Shown: positions 48,511 through 57,416, counted from the first letter of the stretch. The stretch: 64,000 nucleotides of DNA from Minisyncoccota bacterium (GCA_018062285.1 JAGOSO010000003.1:6992-70991); one strand, 5' to 3'. Made by a program: numbers and translations. The notes: generated by a model from the sequence alone, not told the origin.

Positions 48511-49170
48511 CTAGGCAAGTTCTTTTTGATATAGATTTATCCAGGTTAGCATCTTCTCTTTTAATTCTCGGCTACCAACGGCTATGTTGCAAATACCATA
48601 AGAAAGGCGTTTGGCGGGGTTCTTGCCTTTGATAAAAGCCGACTTCCTGAATTGAGAAAGCGGGATGCCGGTGGCCCTGCTCCAGAATGTTTTTTGCATG
48701 TCATCTCTCAAGTCTGGGTACAACAAAAGATAAGAAGTTATTTTGTCTTTAGTCACCCCTAATTCTTCTGTTAGGAAGGCATAGAAAACACGGACCATCA
48801 TCGGGTCACTATTGGCTAATTTGAGCTGGCTGCTTTTGGGTGATTTTGAGCCTTCTCCCCAATACAGCATAACGCCAGCAATGAATAAGGGGCTGTCTTT
48901 CTTTTTGCTGAATTCTTTTTCAGCGGCGGTCCTATATTCCTTGTACTTGTTATCCCAACGAGCCTTGTTGGCTTTCTGAATGGCTGCCAATTTGGAGGGG
49001 GACGACAGTGACGTTTTGGCGCCTAATTCATCCCTTATCTTCTGAGACCATTCTTCGTTCTTAAACCATCCTGCCAAGGTCGCCAATGGAATACCAAGAA
49101 CGGCTTTGATTTCTTTGTAGCTTTTGCCTTCACGTCTTAATTTGTAAGCTCTAACCTTGTCTTTTCGCAT
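48511..49170 (-). CDS. HTH-domain protein with a degenerate LAGLIDADG-like homing-endonuclease-type domain, 219 aa.
   Basis: N-terminal HTH (GKSYKEIKAVLGIPLATLAGWF). The central LFIAGVMLYWGEGSKS...FLTEELGVTKDKITSYLL resembles the LAGLIDADG core and following strands (compare I-CreI FLDKLVDEIGVGYVRD...DYIL). Located between divergent tRNA clusters. Confidence 0.35.
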   Translation of the reverse strand: MRKDKVRAYKLRREGKSYKEIKAVLGIPLATLAGWFKNEEWSQKIRDELGAKTSLSSPSKLAAIQKANKARWDNKYKEYRTAAEKEFSKKKDSPLFIAGVMLYWGEGSKSPKSSQLKLANSDPMMVRVFYAFLTEELGVTKDKITSYLLLYPDLRDDMQKTFWSRATGIPLSQFRKSAFIKGKNPAKRLSYGICNIAVGSRELKEKMLTWINLYQKELA

Positions 49171-49324
49171 GATGGGGATATCTTTTCGAAGTTATCTTCT
49201 AATAATACCTTTAGTATAGCACAGGGGTTCGGTTTTAAAATACCCAATGTGCATATGTGTGGAAAACAGGGGATAACAATTGAAAAATAGCGAGGTAAAT
49301 GTTAGTATTGGTTGGTAAGCAGAT

Positions 49325-49396
49325 GCCGCGGTAGCTCAGTGGTAGAGCATTTCCCTGAAGAGGAAGTGGTCGTCGGTTCAATTCCGACCCGCGGCA
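49325..49396 (+). tRNA. tRNA-Phe (anticodon GAA).
   Basis: Acceptor GCCGCGG/CCGCGGC, anticodon stem TTTCC/GGAAG with loop CT-GAA-GA, T-arm GTCGG-TTCAATT-CCGAC. No CCA. Confidence 0.8.
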
Positions 49397-49432
49397 CATT
49401 GGTGGTAATAAATGGTTCATCTACAATATTAT

Positions 49433-49516
49433 GCGCGGGTGGCGAAACTGGCAGACGCACTACCTTGAGGTGGTAACGGGGGCAACCCCATGGAGGTTCA
49501 AATCCTCTCCCGCGCA
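49433..49516 (+). tRNA. tRNA-Leu (anticodon GAG), type II.
   Basis: Long variable arm (CGGGGGCAACCCCATG), acceptor GCGCGGG/CCCGCGC, anticodon loop TT-GAG-GT. 84 nt. Confidence 0.75.
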
Positions 49517-49529
49517 CAGTTGGTATTTT

Positions 49530-49605
49530 GCGCGGTTAGCTCAATTGGTAGAGCGCCACATTGACGTTGTGGATGTTATAGGTTCGAGTCCTATACCGCG
49601 CACCA
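49530..49605 (+). tRNA. tRNA-Val (anticodon GAC) with encoded CCA.
   Basis: Acceptor GCGCGGT/ACCGCGC, anticodon stem CCACA/TGTGG with loop TT-GAC-GT, T-arm TAGG-TTCGAGT-CCTA, then ACCA. Confidence 0.85.
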
Positions 49606-49606
49606 T

Positions 49607-49903
49607 ATGGAATTTAAAAAAGATAGATTCCAAAAATCTAGAGGAGGCCCCAGTAGGGAATTGTTACTTTCGTGTGCAAAGTGTGGAAATGTTTTGTTCG
49701 CATATCAAAAAGATGGCACAGGGTCACTAAAGCGTCTTTATCGAGATAGAATAATGGGCTCAAATCTTGCCACAAAAGACAATCTTGTCTGCCCCGGTTG
49801 CGGTGATCTGATCGGTGTTTCTATGGTTTATAAAAAAGAATCTCGTCCTGCATTTCGTCTTATACCAGGAAAGTTTTCTAAGAAATTGCCGTCCAATAAA
49901 TAA
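49607..49903 (+). CDS. Small zinc-ribbon (CxxC...CxxC) protein, 98 aa.
   Basis: CAKCGN...CPGCGD. It starts 2 nt after the tRNA-Val CCA and has a terminator after it. Confidence 0.5.
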   Translation: MEFKKDRFQKSRGGPSRELLLSCAKCGNVLFAYQKDGTGSLKRLYRDRIMGSNLATKDNLVCPGCGDLIGVSMVYKKESRPAFRLIPGKFSKKLPSNK

Positions 49904-49938
49904 AACAAAACACCCCGCATTTGCGGGGTGTTTTGTTT
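49902..49938. terminator. Bidirectional A/T-flanked hairpin terminator.
   Basis: AAAACAAAACACCCCGC-attt-GCGGGGTGTTTTGTTT. Confidence 0.8.
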
Positions 49939-49944
49939 GAGATA

Positions 49945-50364
49945 TTATTCAGCGGCTTCTTCTTTGGTGGCTGCGGCTTTCTTTTTCTTGCTGGCAGCAG
50001 TGACCATTTTAGGAGCTTCAGTACGGAGTTTCTTGCGGATTTCTTTGGTGGTCTTATCGCGGAGGTAGTAGAGTTTGGCACGTCTTACTTTGGCCTTGCG
50101 GACAACCTTTACGCTTTCGACTGATGGGAGGTGGATTGGGAAGGTCTTTTCAACACCGATGTTGTCGGTAACCTTGCGCACGGTGATAGTGGCACCGGCT
50201 TCAGCACCATGCTTCTGAGAAATAACCATGCCTTCAAAGGCCTGAACACGGGTCTTTTCTCCGTCTTTAATGCGCTGACTAATACGAATAGTCCAGCCCG
50301 GCTTGATGCCCTCGAATTTATTGGTTGCGTTGAGTCCTGATTGGAATTTGACGATATGATTCAT
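49945..50364 (-). CDS. rplS: 50S ribosomal protein L19 with a Lys/Ala-rich C-terminal extension.
   Basis: The core matches L19 (…RISQRIKDGEKTRVQAFEGMVI…). 139 aa, including an extension of about 25 aa. Confidence 0.9.
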   Translation of the reverse strand: MNHIVKFQSGLNATNKFEGIKPGWTIRISQRIKDGEKTRVQAFEGMVISQKHGAEAGATITVRKVTDNIGVEKTFPIHLPSVESVKVVRKAKVRRAKLYYLRDKTTKEIRKKLRTEAPKMVTAASKKKKAAATKEEAAE

Positions 50365-50392
50365 ATGTTTAGCTATTCTAACTCAAAAGCAG

Positions 50393-51124
50393 TTATTTAT
50401 CAAGCCCCTCTAGGGTTGCCTGCAAATCTGATGGTAGTCCAGCCTCAAGAACCAAGGATTTGCCATCTTGGGTTGTGAATTCAAGCTTGTAGGCATGAAG
50501 GAATAGGCGAGTCAGGCCGGCTGGTTTTTGCCAGCCCTTAGGGCCATAAACGGGGTCACCAGCGATAGGACAACCGATAGATTGAAGGTGGACTCTGATT
50601 TGGTGGGTACGGCCCGTCTTGGGTGCTACGTCCATTAAAGTGTATTTGTCATAGCTCTTGGCGATAGACCACTCGGTGATTGCGTCTTTTCCATCGATTA
50701 GTTTTTTCCCGTCTAGTTTGATGGTTCTTTTTAGTCCTACTCGACCCATTGGGGCATCGATTGTCCCATGGCCCTCTTTCGGTCGACCATATACCAGTGC
50801 ATAGTAGTGCTTCTGGATTTTTCTTGTTTGGAATAGGGACTTTAGATAGTAAAAAGAGTCATTGGTTTTGGCGACGACAAGTAGTCCGGAGGTGTCTTTG
50901 TCTAAACGATGAACAATGCCGGCTCGAGGGCTTTCGGTACCAGAGGCGATAAAGGGTTCGCCTACGTTAGTAATCCCTGGATACATTTCACTAAGCAAAG
51001 AAACTACACTTTCTTGGGTGTCGGTCGCGTTCTTTGGGTGAACAATTAATCCGGCCGGTTTATTGATGACCAGCAGATTTTCGTCTTCAAAAACGATGCT
51101 TATTTTAGATTCTTCCTGTACCAT
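50393..51124 (-). CDS. RluA-family pseudouridine synthase, 243 aa.
   Basis: HRLDKDTSGLLVVAKT catalytic-Asp motif. No N-terminal S4 domain. Confidence 0.85.
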   Translation of the reverse strand: MVQEESKISIVFEDENLLVINKPAGLIVHPKNATDTQESVVSLLSEMYPGITNVGEPFIASGTESPRAGIVHRLDKDTSGLLVVAKTNDSFYYLKSLFQTRKIQKHYYALVYGRPKEGHGTIDAPMGRVGLKRTIKLDGKKLIDGKDAITEWSIAKSYDKYTLMDVAPKTGRTHQIRVHLQSIGCPIAGDPVYGPKGWQKPAGLTRLFLHAYKLEFTTQDGKSLVLEAGLPSDLQATLEGLDK

Positions 51125-52047
51125 TCGAGAGTTATTTTAAGCCCTTCTTCAAGACCAATCTTTGGGTTATATCCGAGATCTTGTGTGGCTAGGGTTATGT
51201 CGGCTTGGGAATCCAAAACATCGCCATCGCGAGCTACACCAGTATAAGTTTCTTTAATATCTGAGCCAGATATTTTTTTCATGGTTTCCCAGACATGAGT
51301 TAGTGAATATCTGTTGCCGGTACCACCGTTATAGACGCTGTGGCGTGGGGCTTCGGCTTTTGCTGCTAAAATGTTTAGGTCAACAATGTTATCCACAAAA
51401 GTGAAATCCCTAGTATGGTTGCCGTCCCCGAATATCGTGGGAGGGGTTCCGTTTATTATTGATTTAGAAAAGATCGGTATAACTCCGGCATAGGCAGAAG
51501 AGGGATCCTGCCTTGGCCCAAAAACATTGAAGTATCTCAAGGAGACGACTTCTATCCCAAATACGTTTTTGAAGGCTTGGCCATAATATTCGCCAACTAA
51601 TTTTTGAACGGCATAGGGTGATAATGGCTTTGGCTGGAAGTGTTCTTTTTTGGGTAATTCGTCCGTGTTGCCGTAAGCGGAAGATGATGCAGCATAAACG
51701 ATCCTTTTAACGCCACCTTCTTTGGCGGCAAGGAACACATTAAAGGTCCCATCGATGTTGGTGGTGTGTGATAAGATCGGTTCGTTTATTGAGCGGGGGA
51801 CAGACGGCAATGCTGCTTCGTGGAACACAAGGTTGGCGTTCTTAAAATAATCTTTGATTGAGTCAAAGTCTCTAATATCAGCTTTAATAAAAGTTATCTT
51901 GTCTTTTATTTCTTCCAAATTTTCTTCTTTGCCAGTAGAGAGGTTATCAATAATAACTATTTCTGCCGAAGGGTATTCGACGAGTAAACGCCTAACGATT
52001 GTTGAGCCGATAAAACCGGCTCCGCCAGTGACGACTATTTTTTTCAT
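51100..52047 (-). CDS. NAD-dependent epimerase/dehydratase (SDR extended family). The start was moved to the ATG at 52047, 315 aa.
   Basis: MKKIVVTGGAGFIGS Rossmann start and the YAVQK (YxxxK) motif. The first 49 codons of the listed ORF are two tRNA genes read in frame. Confidence 0.8.
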   Translation of the reverse strand: MKKIVVTGGAGFIGSTIVRRLLVEYPSAEIVIIDNLSTGKEENLEEIKDKITFIKADIRDFDSIKDYFKNANLVFHEAALPSVPRSINEPILSHTTNIDGTFNVFLAAKEGGVKRIVYAASSSAYGNTDELPKKEHFQPKPLSPYAVQKLVGEYYGQAFKNVFGIEVVSLRYFNVFGPRQDPSSAYAGVIPIFSKSIINGTPPTIFGDGNHTRDFTFVDNIVDLNILAAKAEAPRHSVYNGGTGNRYSLTHVWETMKKISGSDIKETYTGVARDGDVLDSQADITLATQDLGYNPKIGLEEGLKITLEWYRKNLK

Positions 52048-52122
52048 GGTGGGCAGTACAGGACTCGAACCTGTGACCCTCTCGGTGTAAACGAGATGCT
52101 CTACCAACTGAGCTAACTGCCC
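52047..52122 (-). tRNA. tRNA-Val (anticodon TAC) with encoded CCA. The body is 52050-52122.
   Basis: Acceptor GGGCAGT/ACTGCCC, anticodon stem TCTCG/CGAGA with loop TT-TAC-AC, T-arm ACAGG-TTCGAGT-CCTGT, then ACCA. The terminal A is the A of the epimerase ATG. Confidence 0.8.
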
Positions 52123-52136
52123 ATGATTATTAACTG

Positions 52137-52208
52137 TGCGACTGGATGGGATCGAACCATCGACCGCGTCATTATAAGTGACGTGCTCTACCACTGAGCT
52201 ACAGTCGC
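52137..52208 (-). tRNA. tRNA-Ile (anticodon TAT / UAU).
   Basis: Acceptor GCGACTG/CAGTCGC, anticodon stem CGTCA/TGACG with loop CT-TAT-AA, T-arm GATGG-TTCGATC-CCATC. The anticodon was read directly from the sequence. No CCA. Confidence 0.7.
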
Positions 52209-52230
52209 AATGATACCCTATGGTACCATT

Positions 52231-54081
52231 TTATTTTACGAGCGCGTAGAACTCTTTCTGCTCGATTGTCTCCTTCTTTATAAGTTCTTTTGCTATTAAA
52301 TTCAACTTATCTGTTTGCTCGGCTAATATCTTCTTGGCTGAAGCAAGGCCCTTGGTGACAAGTTTTTTGATCTCCGAGTCTATCTGGTAGGCGATTGTTT
52401 CGGAGTAGTTTTTGCCTGAAGAAAAATCACGTCCCAAGAAAACTTGGTCGTCTTTTTCATGGAAAGATATTGGGCCCAGAGTATCGGACATACCGTATTG
52501 GGTAACCATTTTGCGGGCTAATTCTGAAGCAACCTTTAGGTCGTTAGAGGCACCAGTGGTAGTTTGCTTGAAGATTAATTTTTCAGCGGCGTAACCAGCC
52601 AAAAGGACAGCTAATTCTGACTCAAATTCTGGCTTTGATTTTAAGTACTTATCTTCACTTGGAACTTTCATCGTGAAGCCACCAGCCCGGCCACGAGACA
52701 CGATTGAGACTTTGTGGACTTTGTCTGAGTGGGGCATGGCTGAGGCTACCAAAGCGTGACCAGCTTCGTGGTAGGCAGTGATTTCCTTTTCTTTCTTAGA
52801 CATGACATGGCTGCGTCGTTCTGGGCCTAGGATAACTTTTTCGATAGCTTCGATTATGTTTAATTGAGTGATTTCGGTTTGGTTGCCACGAGCGGCAAGG
52901 ATAGCAGATTCGTTTAAGAGGTTGGCTAATTCAGCACCAGAAAATCCAACAGTTCTTTCGGCGATTGGTACAAGATTTACATCCTTAGATAAAGGCTTAT
53001 CCATTGCGTGAATTTTCAAGATAGCTTCACGGTCTTTTAGTGAAGGTTCATCCAAGATGACGCGGCGATCAAAACGACCTGGGCGCAATAAGGCTGGATC
53101 AAGAATATCAGGGCGGTTGGTGGCGCCCATTACAATGACGGCATTGTTGGTGTCAAAGCCATCCATCTCCACAAGAATTTGGTTTAAAGTTTGTTCGCGT
53201 TCATCGTGGCCCCCACCAAGACCGGCGCCTCGGTGTCTGCCAACAGCATCGATTTCGTCGATGAAAATAATAGACGGAGAGGTTTTTTTGGCGAGCTCAA
53301 AAGTGTCACGAACACGGTTGGCACCAACGCCAACAAACATTTCTACGAACTCAGAACCAGAAACATAGTAGAAGGGGACACGAGCTTCGTTGGCAACGGC
53401 TCTGGCTAGTAATGTTTTGCCAGTACCCGGAGAACCAACAAGTAAAACACCACGAGGAATACGAGCGCCAAGTTTGTGGAACTTTGCTGGATCTTTTAAG
53501 AATTCAACAATTTCTGTGACTTCGGCTTTGGCCTCTAATAATCCGGCGACGTCAGCAAAGGTAACTGGTTTGCGACCACCACCAGATGTGTTGGCGAGTT
53601 GGGCTTTTGATTTTCCAAAAGACAAAGCTTGGCCAGAACCTTTTTGAGCTTGGCGGAACATGTACCAGAAGATGAACCAGATAAGGGCAAAGGGGATCAA
53701 GGTTGGAATGATGTTCGAGAAGAAGGATTCTATTCCTGACGGGTCTTGTATTTGAATTTTAACAGCGTTTAGCTTTGTTTTATCAGCACCAAGATTTACC
53801 AAGGTTTCAAAAGCAGAAATTGAATTTTCTTTTTTGGTCGAGAAGATGGCTTGGTCGTTACCAATAAGTTGGATTTTGTCTCCGGTGACGTTTATTTCTT
53901 TAATACTACTAGAGTTTATTTTGCTAACAGCTTCGGAAAGAGCGATATTTGACGAAGAAGTGGTGGAACCAAAAAGCGAGGCAATTAAGGCCATTGTAAA
54001 TAGGATCCCCAATACAATTAAGAAGTATTTTATGTATGCTTTCATGGACATGATTTTAGCATAAAATAACTCTTCTGGCAA
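52231..54081 (-). CDS. ftsH: ATP-dependent zinc metalloprotease FtsH.
   Basis: N-terminal TM pair, AAA+ Walker A GSPGTGKT, an SRH region and the HEAGHAL zinc site. 616 aa. Confidence 0.95.
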   Translation of the reverse strand: MPEELFYAKIMSMKAYIKYFLIVLGILFTMALIASLFGSTTSSSNIALSEAVSKINSSSIKEINVTGDKIQLIGNDQAIFSTKKENSISAFETLVNLGADKTKLNAVKIQIQDPSGIESFFSNIIPTLIPFALIWFIFWYMFRQAQKGSGQALSFGKSKAQLANTSGGGRKPVTFADVAGLLEAKAEVTEIVEFLKDPAKFHKLGARIPRGVLLVGSPGTGKTLLARAVANEARVPFYYVSGSEFVEMFVGVGANRVRDTFELAKKTSPSIIFIDEIDAVGRHRGAGLGGGHDEREQTLNQILVEMDGFDTNNAVIVMGATNRPDILDPALLRPGRFDRRVILDEPSLKDREAILKIHAMDKPLSKDVNLVPIAERTVGFSGAELANLLNESAILAARGNQTEITQLNIIEAIEKVILGPERRSHVMSKKEKEITAYHEAGHALVASAMPHSDKVHKVSIVSRGRAGGFTMKVPSEDKYLKSKPEFESELAVLLAGYAAEKLIFKQTTTGASNDLKVASELARKMVTQYGMSDTLGPISFHEKDDQVFLGRDFSSGKNYSETIAYQIDSEIKKLVTKGLASAKKILAEQTDKLNLIAKELIKKETIEQKEFYALVK

Positions 54082-54127
54082 TCAATATTTTTTAAAAAAA
54101 TTGGAGTGATTTTTTGAATTAAAAATA

Positions 54128-54166
54128 CCCGTGAGAAGATAGCAATTTCTGCTGTCTTCTCACGGG
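54128..54166 (-). terminator. Hairpin terminator downstream of the GC-rich island ORF.
   Basis: CCCGTGAGAAGA-tagcaatttctgctg-TCTTCTCACGGG, with a T-rich run on the minus-strand reading. Confidence 0.55.
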
Positions 54167-54189
54167 TCGTGTGTCTTGCGCCGACGATG

Positions 54190-54810
54190 TTACCGCCGGC
54201 TACCTCCCTGCTGGCGCCCGCCGCGCGGCTGTTCGGCCGGGTCGTGCCCGCCAAGAGCGCGGAGGTTGTTCACCAAGCGGGCCCAGCTGTGGACTTGCTT
54301 CGCCGGGTCCTCTTCCTTCTGGGCTTCCGTCCACATCTCGTCAACCTCTGCCTGCGTGAGACCGGGGATGGTTCCCAGCATCCGCTCGGCGCGAGCGATC
54401 TCGCTTTCCACGACGAACTCGAACATCTCCTTTCGGAGATCGACGAGTTCGGTGATGAAGCCCTCCCAGTCATATCCCTTGTCGCGGGAAGAGGGGAGCG
54501 CCGCCTTCTCCTTGAACGTCTGGGTTAGCGCCGCGAGGCGATCCCAGAAGCTCGTGAAGTCGAGGGCCTTGTTGGCCTGGTGCTCGGACTGCTTGACGTA
54601 GTCGGCCCAGACTGCGTTGAGGAGCTTGCTCGCCGAGACCATCGGCGGGCGCTTTCGCTCCTCCCGGGGCTTTGCCACGGGCCGGGCCGGAATTGCCGGT
54701 ACGAGGTCTGCAACGATCGCGGCAACCTTGGGGGTTGAGCGCTTGGTCTTTGCGGTGGTCGAGCCGGCTTCTGCCTTCGGGGTCTTTGCTGCCTTCGGGG
54801 TCTTTGCCAT
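54190..54810 (-). CDS. Hypothetical protein with a Lys/Ala/Pro-rich (histone-H1-like AKTPKA repeat) N-terminal tail, encoded in a ~65% GC island. 206 aa.
   Basis: It is the longest ORF in the GC-rich segment and the only one with protein-like composition. A strong SD (AAGGAG) sits 9 nt upstream of the ATG. The competing + strand ORFs are Arg/Pro/Cys-rich frame artefacts. Confidence 0.6.
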   Translation of the reverse strand: MAKTPKAAKTPKAEAGSTTAKTKRSTPKVAAIVADLVPAIPARPVAKPREERKRPPMVSASKLLNAVWADYVKQSEHQANKALDFTSFWDRLAALTQTFKEKAALPSSRDKGYDWEGFITELVDLRKEMFEFVVESEIARAERMLGTIPGLTQAEVDEMWTEAQKEEDPAKQVHSWARLVNNLRALGGHDPAEQPRGGRQQGGSRR

Positions 54811-54987
54811 GACGTCTTGCTCCTTGCCCTAACGGGCGGATGTGCGGACAGCGGGTTGCCGTCGCGCGCTTCTTCGGATGAAAGACTCGGATGATGGCGG
54901 AATTGCCACCCGCCGAATCGAACTTTTTTAGTTGTTATGGTGCTTACCTTGTCCCTGTATTATATACCCAAACACCATAAATGTCAA

Positions 54988-55028
54988 TACTAAAAAGACG
55001 ACCCTTTTGGGGGTCGTCTTTTTAGTAT
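54988..55028. terminator. Bidirectional palindromic terminator downstream of rpsA.
   Basis: ATACTAAAAAGACGACCC-ttttg-GGGTCGTCTTTTTAGTAT. Confidence 0.8.
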
Positions 55029-55040
55029 TTTTGCCTGGAT

Positions 55041-56144
55041 TTAGGCTTTCTTTTCTAGGGTAAGAGTAAGCTTGTGGTCCTTGGCATCGATGTTAAGGAT
55101 AGCCATGTCATATTCTTGGCCAGCCACTAAAACTTCCTGAGGGGTTTGGCCACCGAGCTCAGCAAGGGGGATGAAGCCAATGATGTTTCCAGGTAATTCC
55201 ACAAAGGCACCAGAATTGCGAACCTTTGAGATCTTGCCGCGGATTTTCTGGCCGACTTGATACATGCTGTCGATACCAGTCCATGGGTCTTCTTTTAATG
55301 CTTTAAGAGAAAGGGAAACACGGCCACCATCGAGACTGATAATCTTGGCAGTAACGGTTTCGCCGATGTGCAAGATGTCGCGTGGGTTCTCGATGAACTT
55401 CCAATCGATTTCAGAAGAGTGGATTAAGCCATCAAGAGTGTCGGTGATTTTAACGAAGGCACCAAAGTCGGTAACTTCAGTGATCGTGCCTTCAACTGTT
55501 TCGCCGATAGTAAGTTTTTGTAATTCTTCCTTAGCGGCTTCTTCTTGGATAGCACGTTCAGAAACGATAAGTTTATTTTCGGCTTCGTTGAAGTCTAAGA
55601 TCTTAACTTTAAAGATTTGGCCTTTGAATTTTTGCAAAGCTTGAACAATCTTGGTTGTGTCGCCACCATCTACTTTAGGATAGTGTTCGCCAGCGAGCTG
55701 GGAAAGAGGGAGGAAGCCCTGGATGCCAGAAACTTCGACAATCAAACCGCCCTTGTTGATGTTAACAATTATAGTGTCGATGACTTCGCCAGATTCTTTC
55801 TTTTCTTTGACGTCCTGCCATGCGGTTGTAACCTGGGCAGCTTTCAAAGAAAGTTCGCGATAACCTTCGTCGTTTTCAAGCTCAAGAAGCATGGTGGAGA
55901 TAGAATCACCAGCTTTTAAGACTTTCATGCGATCTGGGTTGTCGTAGAATTCGCCTGGGTAGACGATACCAATACCAACTGGACCAAGGTCAACGATGAC
56001 GTTGGTTTTGGAGGTATTAATGATTGTGCCTCCTAAAATACTGCCTGGCTTTGGAAGGAAAAACTCCTCTTTTAAAAGAAGATCCTTCATTGATTTAATT
56101 TCTGCTGGTGCGTCTGCCATGTTGTGAGTTTCGATATTCTCCAA
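55041..56144 (-). CDS. rpsA: 30S ribosomal protein S1 (four S1 domains).
   Basis: Repeated S1 OB-fold motifs (GxV...G.FV.L..GL.H.S). 367 aa. Confidence 0.85.
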   Translation of the reverse strand: MENIETHNMADAPAEIKSMKDLLLKEEFFLPKPGSILGGTIINTSKTNVIVDLGPVGIGIVYPGEFYDNPDRMKVLKAGDSISTMLLELENDEGYRELSLKAAQVTTAWQDVKEKKESGEVIDTIIVNINKGGLIVEVSGIQGFLPLSQLAGEHYPKVDGGDTTKIVQALQKFKGQIFKVKILDFNEAENKLIVSERAIQEEAAKEELQKLTIGETVEGTITEVTDFGAFVKITDTLDGLIHSSEIDWKFIENPRDILHIGETVTAKIISLDGGRVSLSLKALKEDPWTGIDSMYQVGQKIRGKISKVRNSGAFVELPGNIIGFIPLAELGGQTPQEVLVAGQEYDMAILNIDAKDHKLTLTLEKKA

Positions 56145-56329
56145 AGGACCTTTTAGACAAAGCCCTGAACGAGAAGCTCGATGTTAATTGATATCTCAAG
56201 GTCTTGGAAGAAGTATTCTCCCTTGCTTCATGAGTGGTAGAACTATACATCAAAACACAATGATTTGCAAGCCCTTAAATGTGGCAGCGGCGATTGATTA
56301 TTGGGTCACAATCTGCTAAGATATAAGCA

Positions 56330-56965
56330 ATGACGATTACCTGGTACGGTCAAAGCTGTTTCCGACTCGAAGCCAAAGAAGGCAGTATTTTAATTGACCC
56401 ATTCTCAAAGGAAATCGGACTCAAGCCACCTCGAATTAAAGACGATGTCGTGCTCGTTACTCATCAGCACCATGACCACAACGCAATTGATGACGCCAAC
56501 CCAGAAGCTTTTATAATTCAAAATCCTGGTGAATACGAAAACCATGGCATTGCTATTCGCGGTATCCAATCTTTCCATGACAATAAAGAGGGAACTGAAC
56601 GTGGATTGAACACTATCTATATATTGAAGGCTGAAGAGCTAAATATCTGCCACTTGGGCGACCTTGGGCATGTTTTAACCGACAAGCAGGTTGAAGATAT
56701 TGGCGATGTCGATATTTTAATGATTCCAGTCGGCGGAACTTACACAATCGATGCCAAAACCGCTGTGGAAGTCATCAATCAAATTGAACCAAAGATTGTT
56801 ATTCCGATGCACTACAAAGTCGGTGGTTCTAATATTAAAGAAATCGAAGGGCCAGAGAAGTTTGTTAAAGAGCTTGGTTTAACTCCAGAAAAAGTCGACA
56901 AATATAAAATCGCTAAGAAGTTGTTGCCAGCCGAAGAGATTAAGTTGGTGATGTTCGAACTTTAG
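56330..56965 (+). CDS. MBL-fold metallo-hydrolase, 211 aa.
   Basis: HQHHDH zinc-binding motif with downstream His/Asp ligands. Confidence 0.8.
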   Translation: MTITWYGQSCFRLEAKEGSILIDPFSKEIGLKPPRIKDDVVLVTHQHHDHNAIDDANPEAFIIQNPGEYENHGIAIRGIQSFHDNKEGTERGLNTIYILKAEELNICHLGDLGHVLTDKQVEDIGDVDILMIPVGGTYTIDAKTAVEVINQIEPKIVIPMHYKVGGSNIKEIEGPEKFVKELGLTPEKVDKYKIAKKLLPAEEIKLVMFEL

Positions 56966-57056
56966 TAGCAGAAAGTATCGTCTTGGCTTTTGAGTCCCGG
57001 CAGTAGAAAAAAGGAGGGGGTCTGGGGCAAAAAAGCTAAGACAATACTGAATAACC

Positions 57057-57416
57057 ATGAAAACAATTATTCACGAAATTAGACAGCAACCTCACCATGT
57101 TCGCGAAATCGCGACCATTGTTTGTACTGTAGCTGTTGCTGCTGTTGTTGTTTTTGTCTGGTTTCACTCTTTTCAAAAAAACATATATACTCTCTTGAAC
57201 CCAGAAGATCAAACCCAATCACAAGATAAAGTGTTTGCTCAGGAGTCAAAATCATTGTTCGGATCTATTTTGCAGACACTCAGTGATGGTAAGGCTCAGA
57301 TCGCCAGTATTTTTTCAGGGACTAGTAGCCAGTCCGAAATTATAAATATCCAAAACCAGGAAACGGTAACTGGCAGTGATAAGGCGTATCCTTTTCCCGT
57401 TTCTGGTAATCGCTAA
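57057..57416 (+). CDS. Hypothetical membrane-anchored protein, 119 aa.
   Basis: A single TM helix ([19 protein letters not shown]). No family recognised. Confidence 0.45.
   Translation: MKTIIHEIRQQPHHVREIATIVCTVAVAAVVVFVWFHSFQKNIYTLLNPEDQTQSQDKVFAQESKSLFGSILQTLSDGKAQIASIFSGTSSQSEIINIQNQETVTGSDKAYPFPVSGNR

Noticed and set aside
49302-49730. ORFs 49302-49517 (-) and 49431-49730 (+) covering the Phe/Leu/Val tRNA cluster.
   Set aside because: Both are translations of structured tRNA sequence (Gly/Arg/Pro-rich nonsense). The tRNAs fold canonically.
54169-54832. Several long + strand ORFs (54169-54528, 54176-54601, 54617-54832) and nested minus ORFs inside the GC-rich island.
   Set aside because: They are Arg/Pro/Cys/Ala-rich, as expected of off-frame reading of high-GC DNA. 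Only the 206-aa minus ORF has an SD and protein-like composition.
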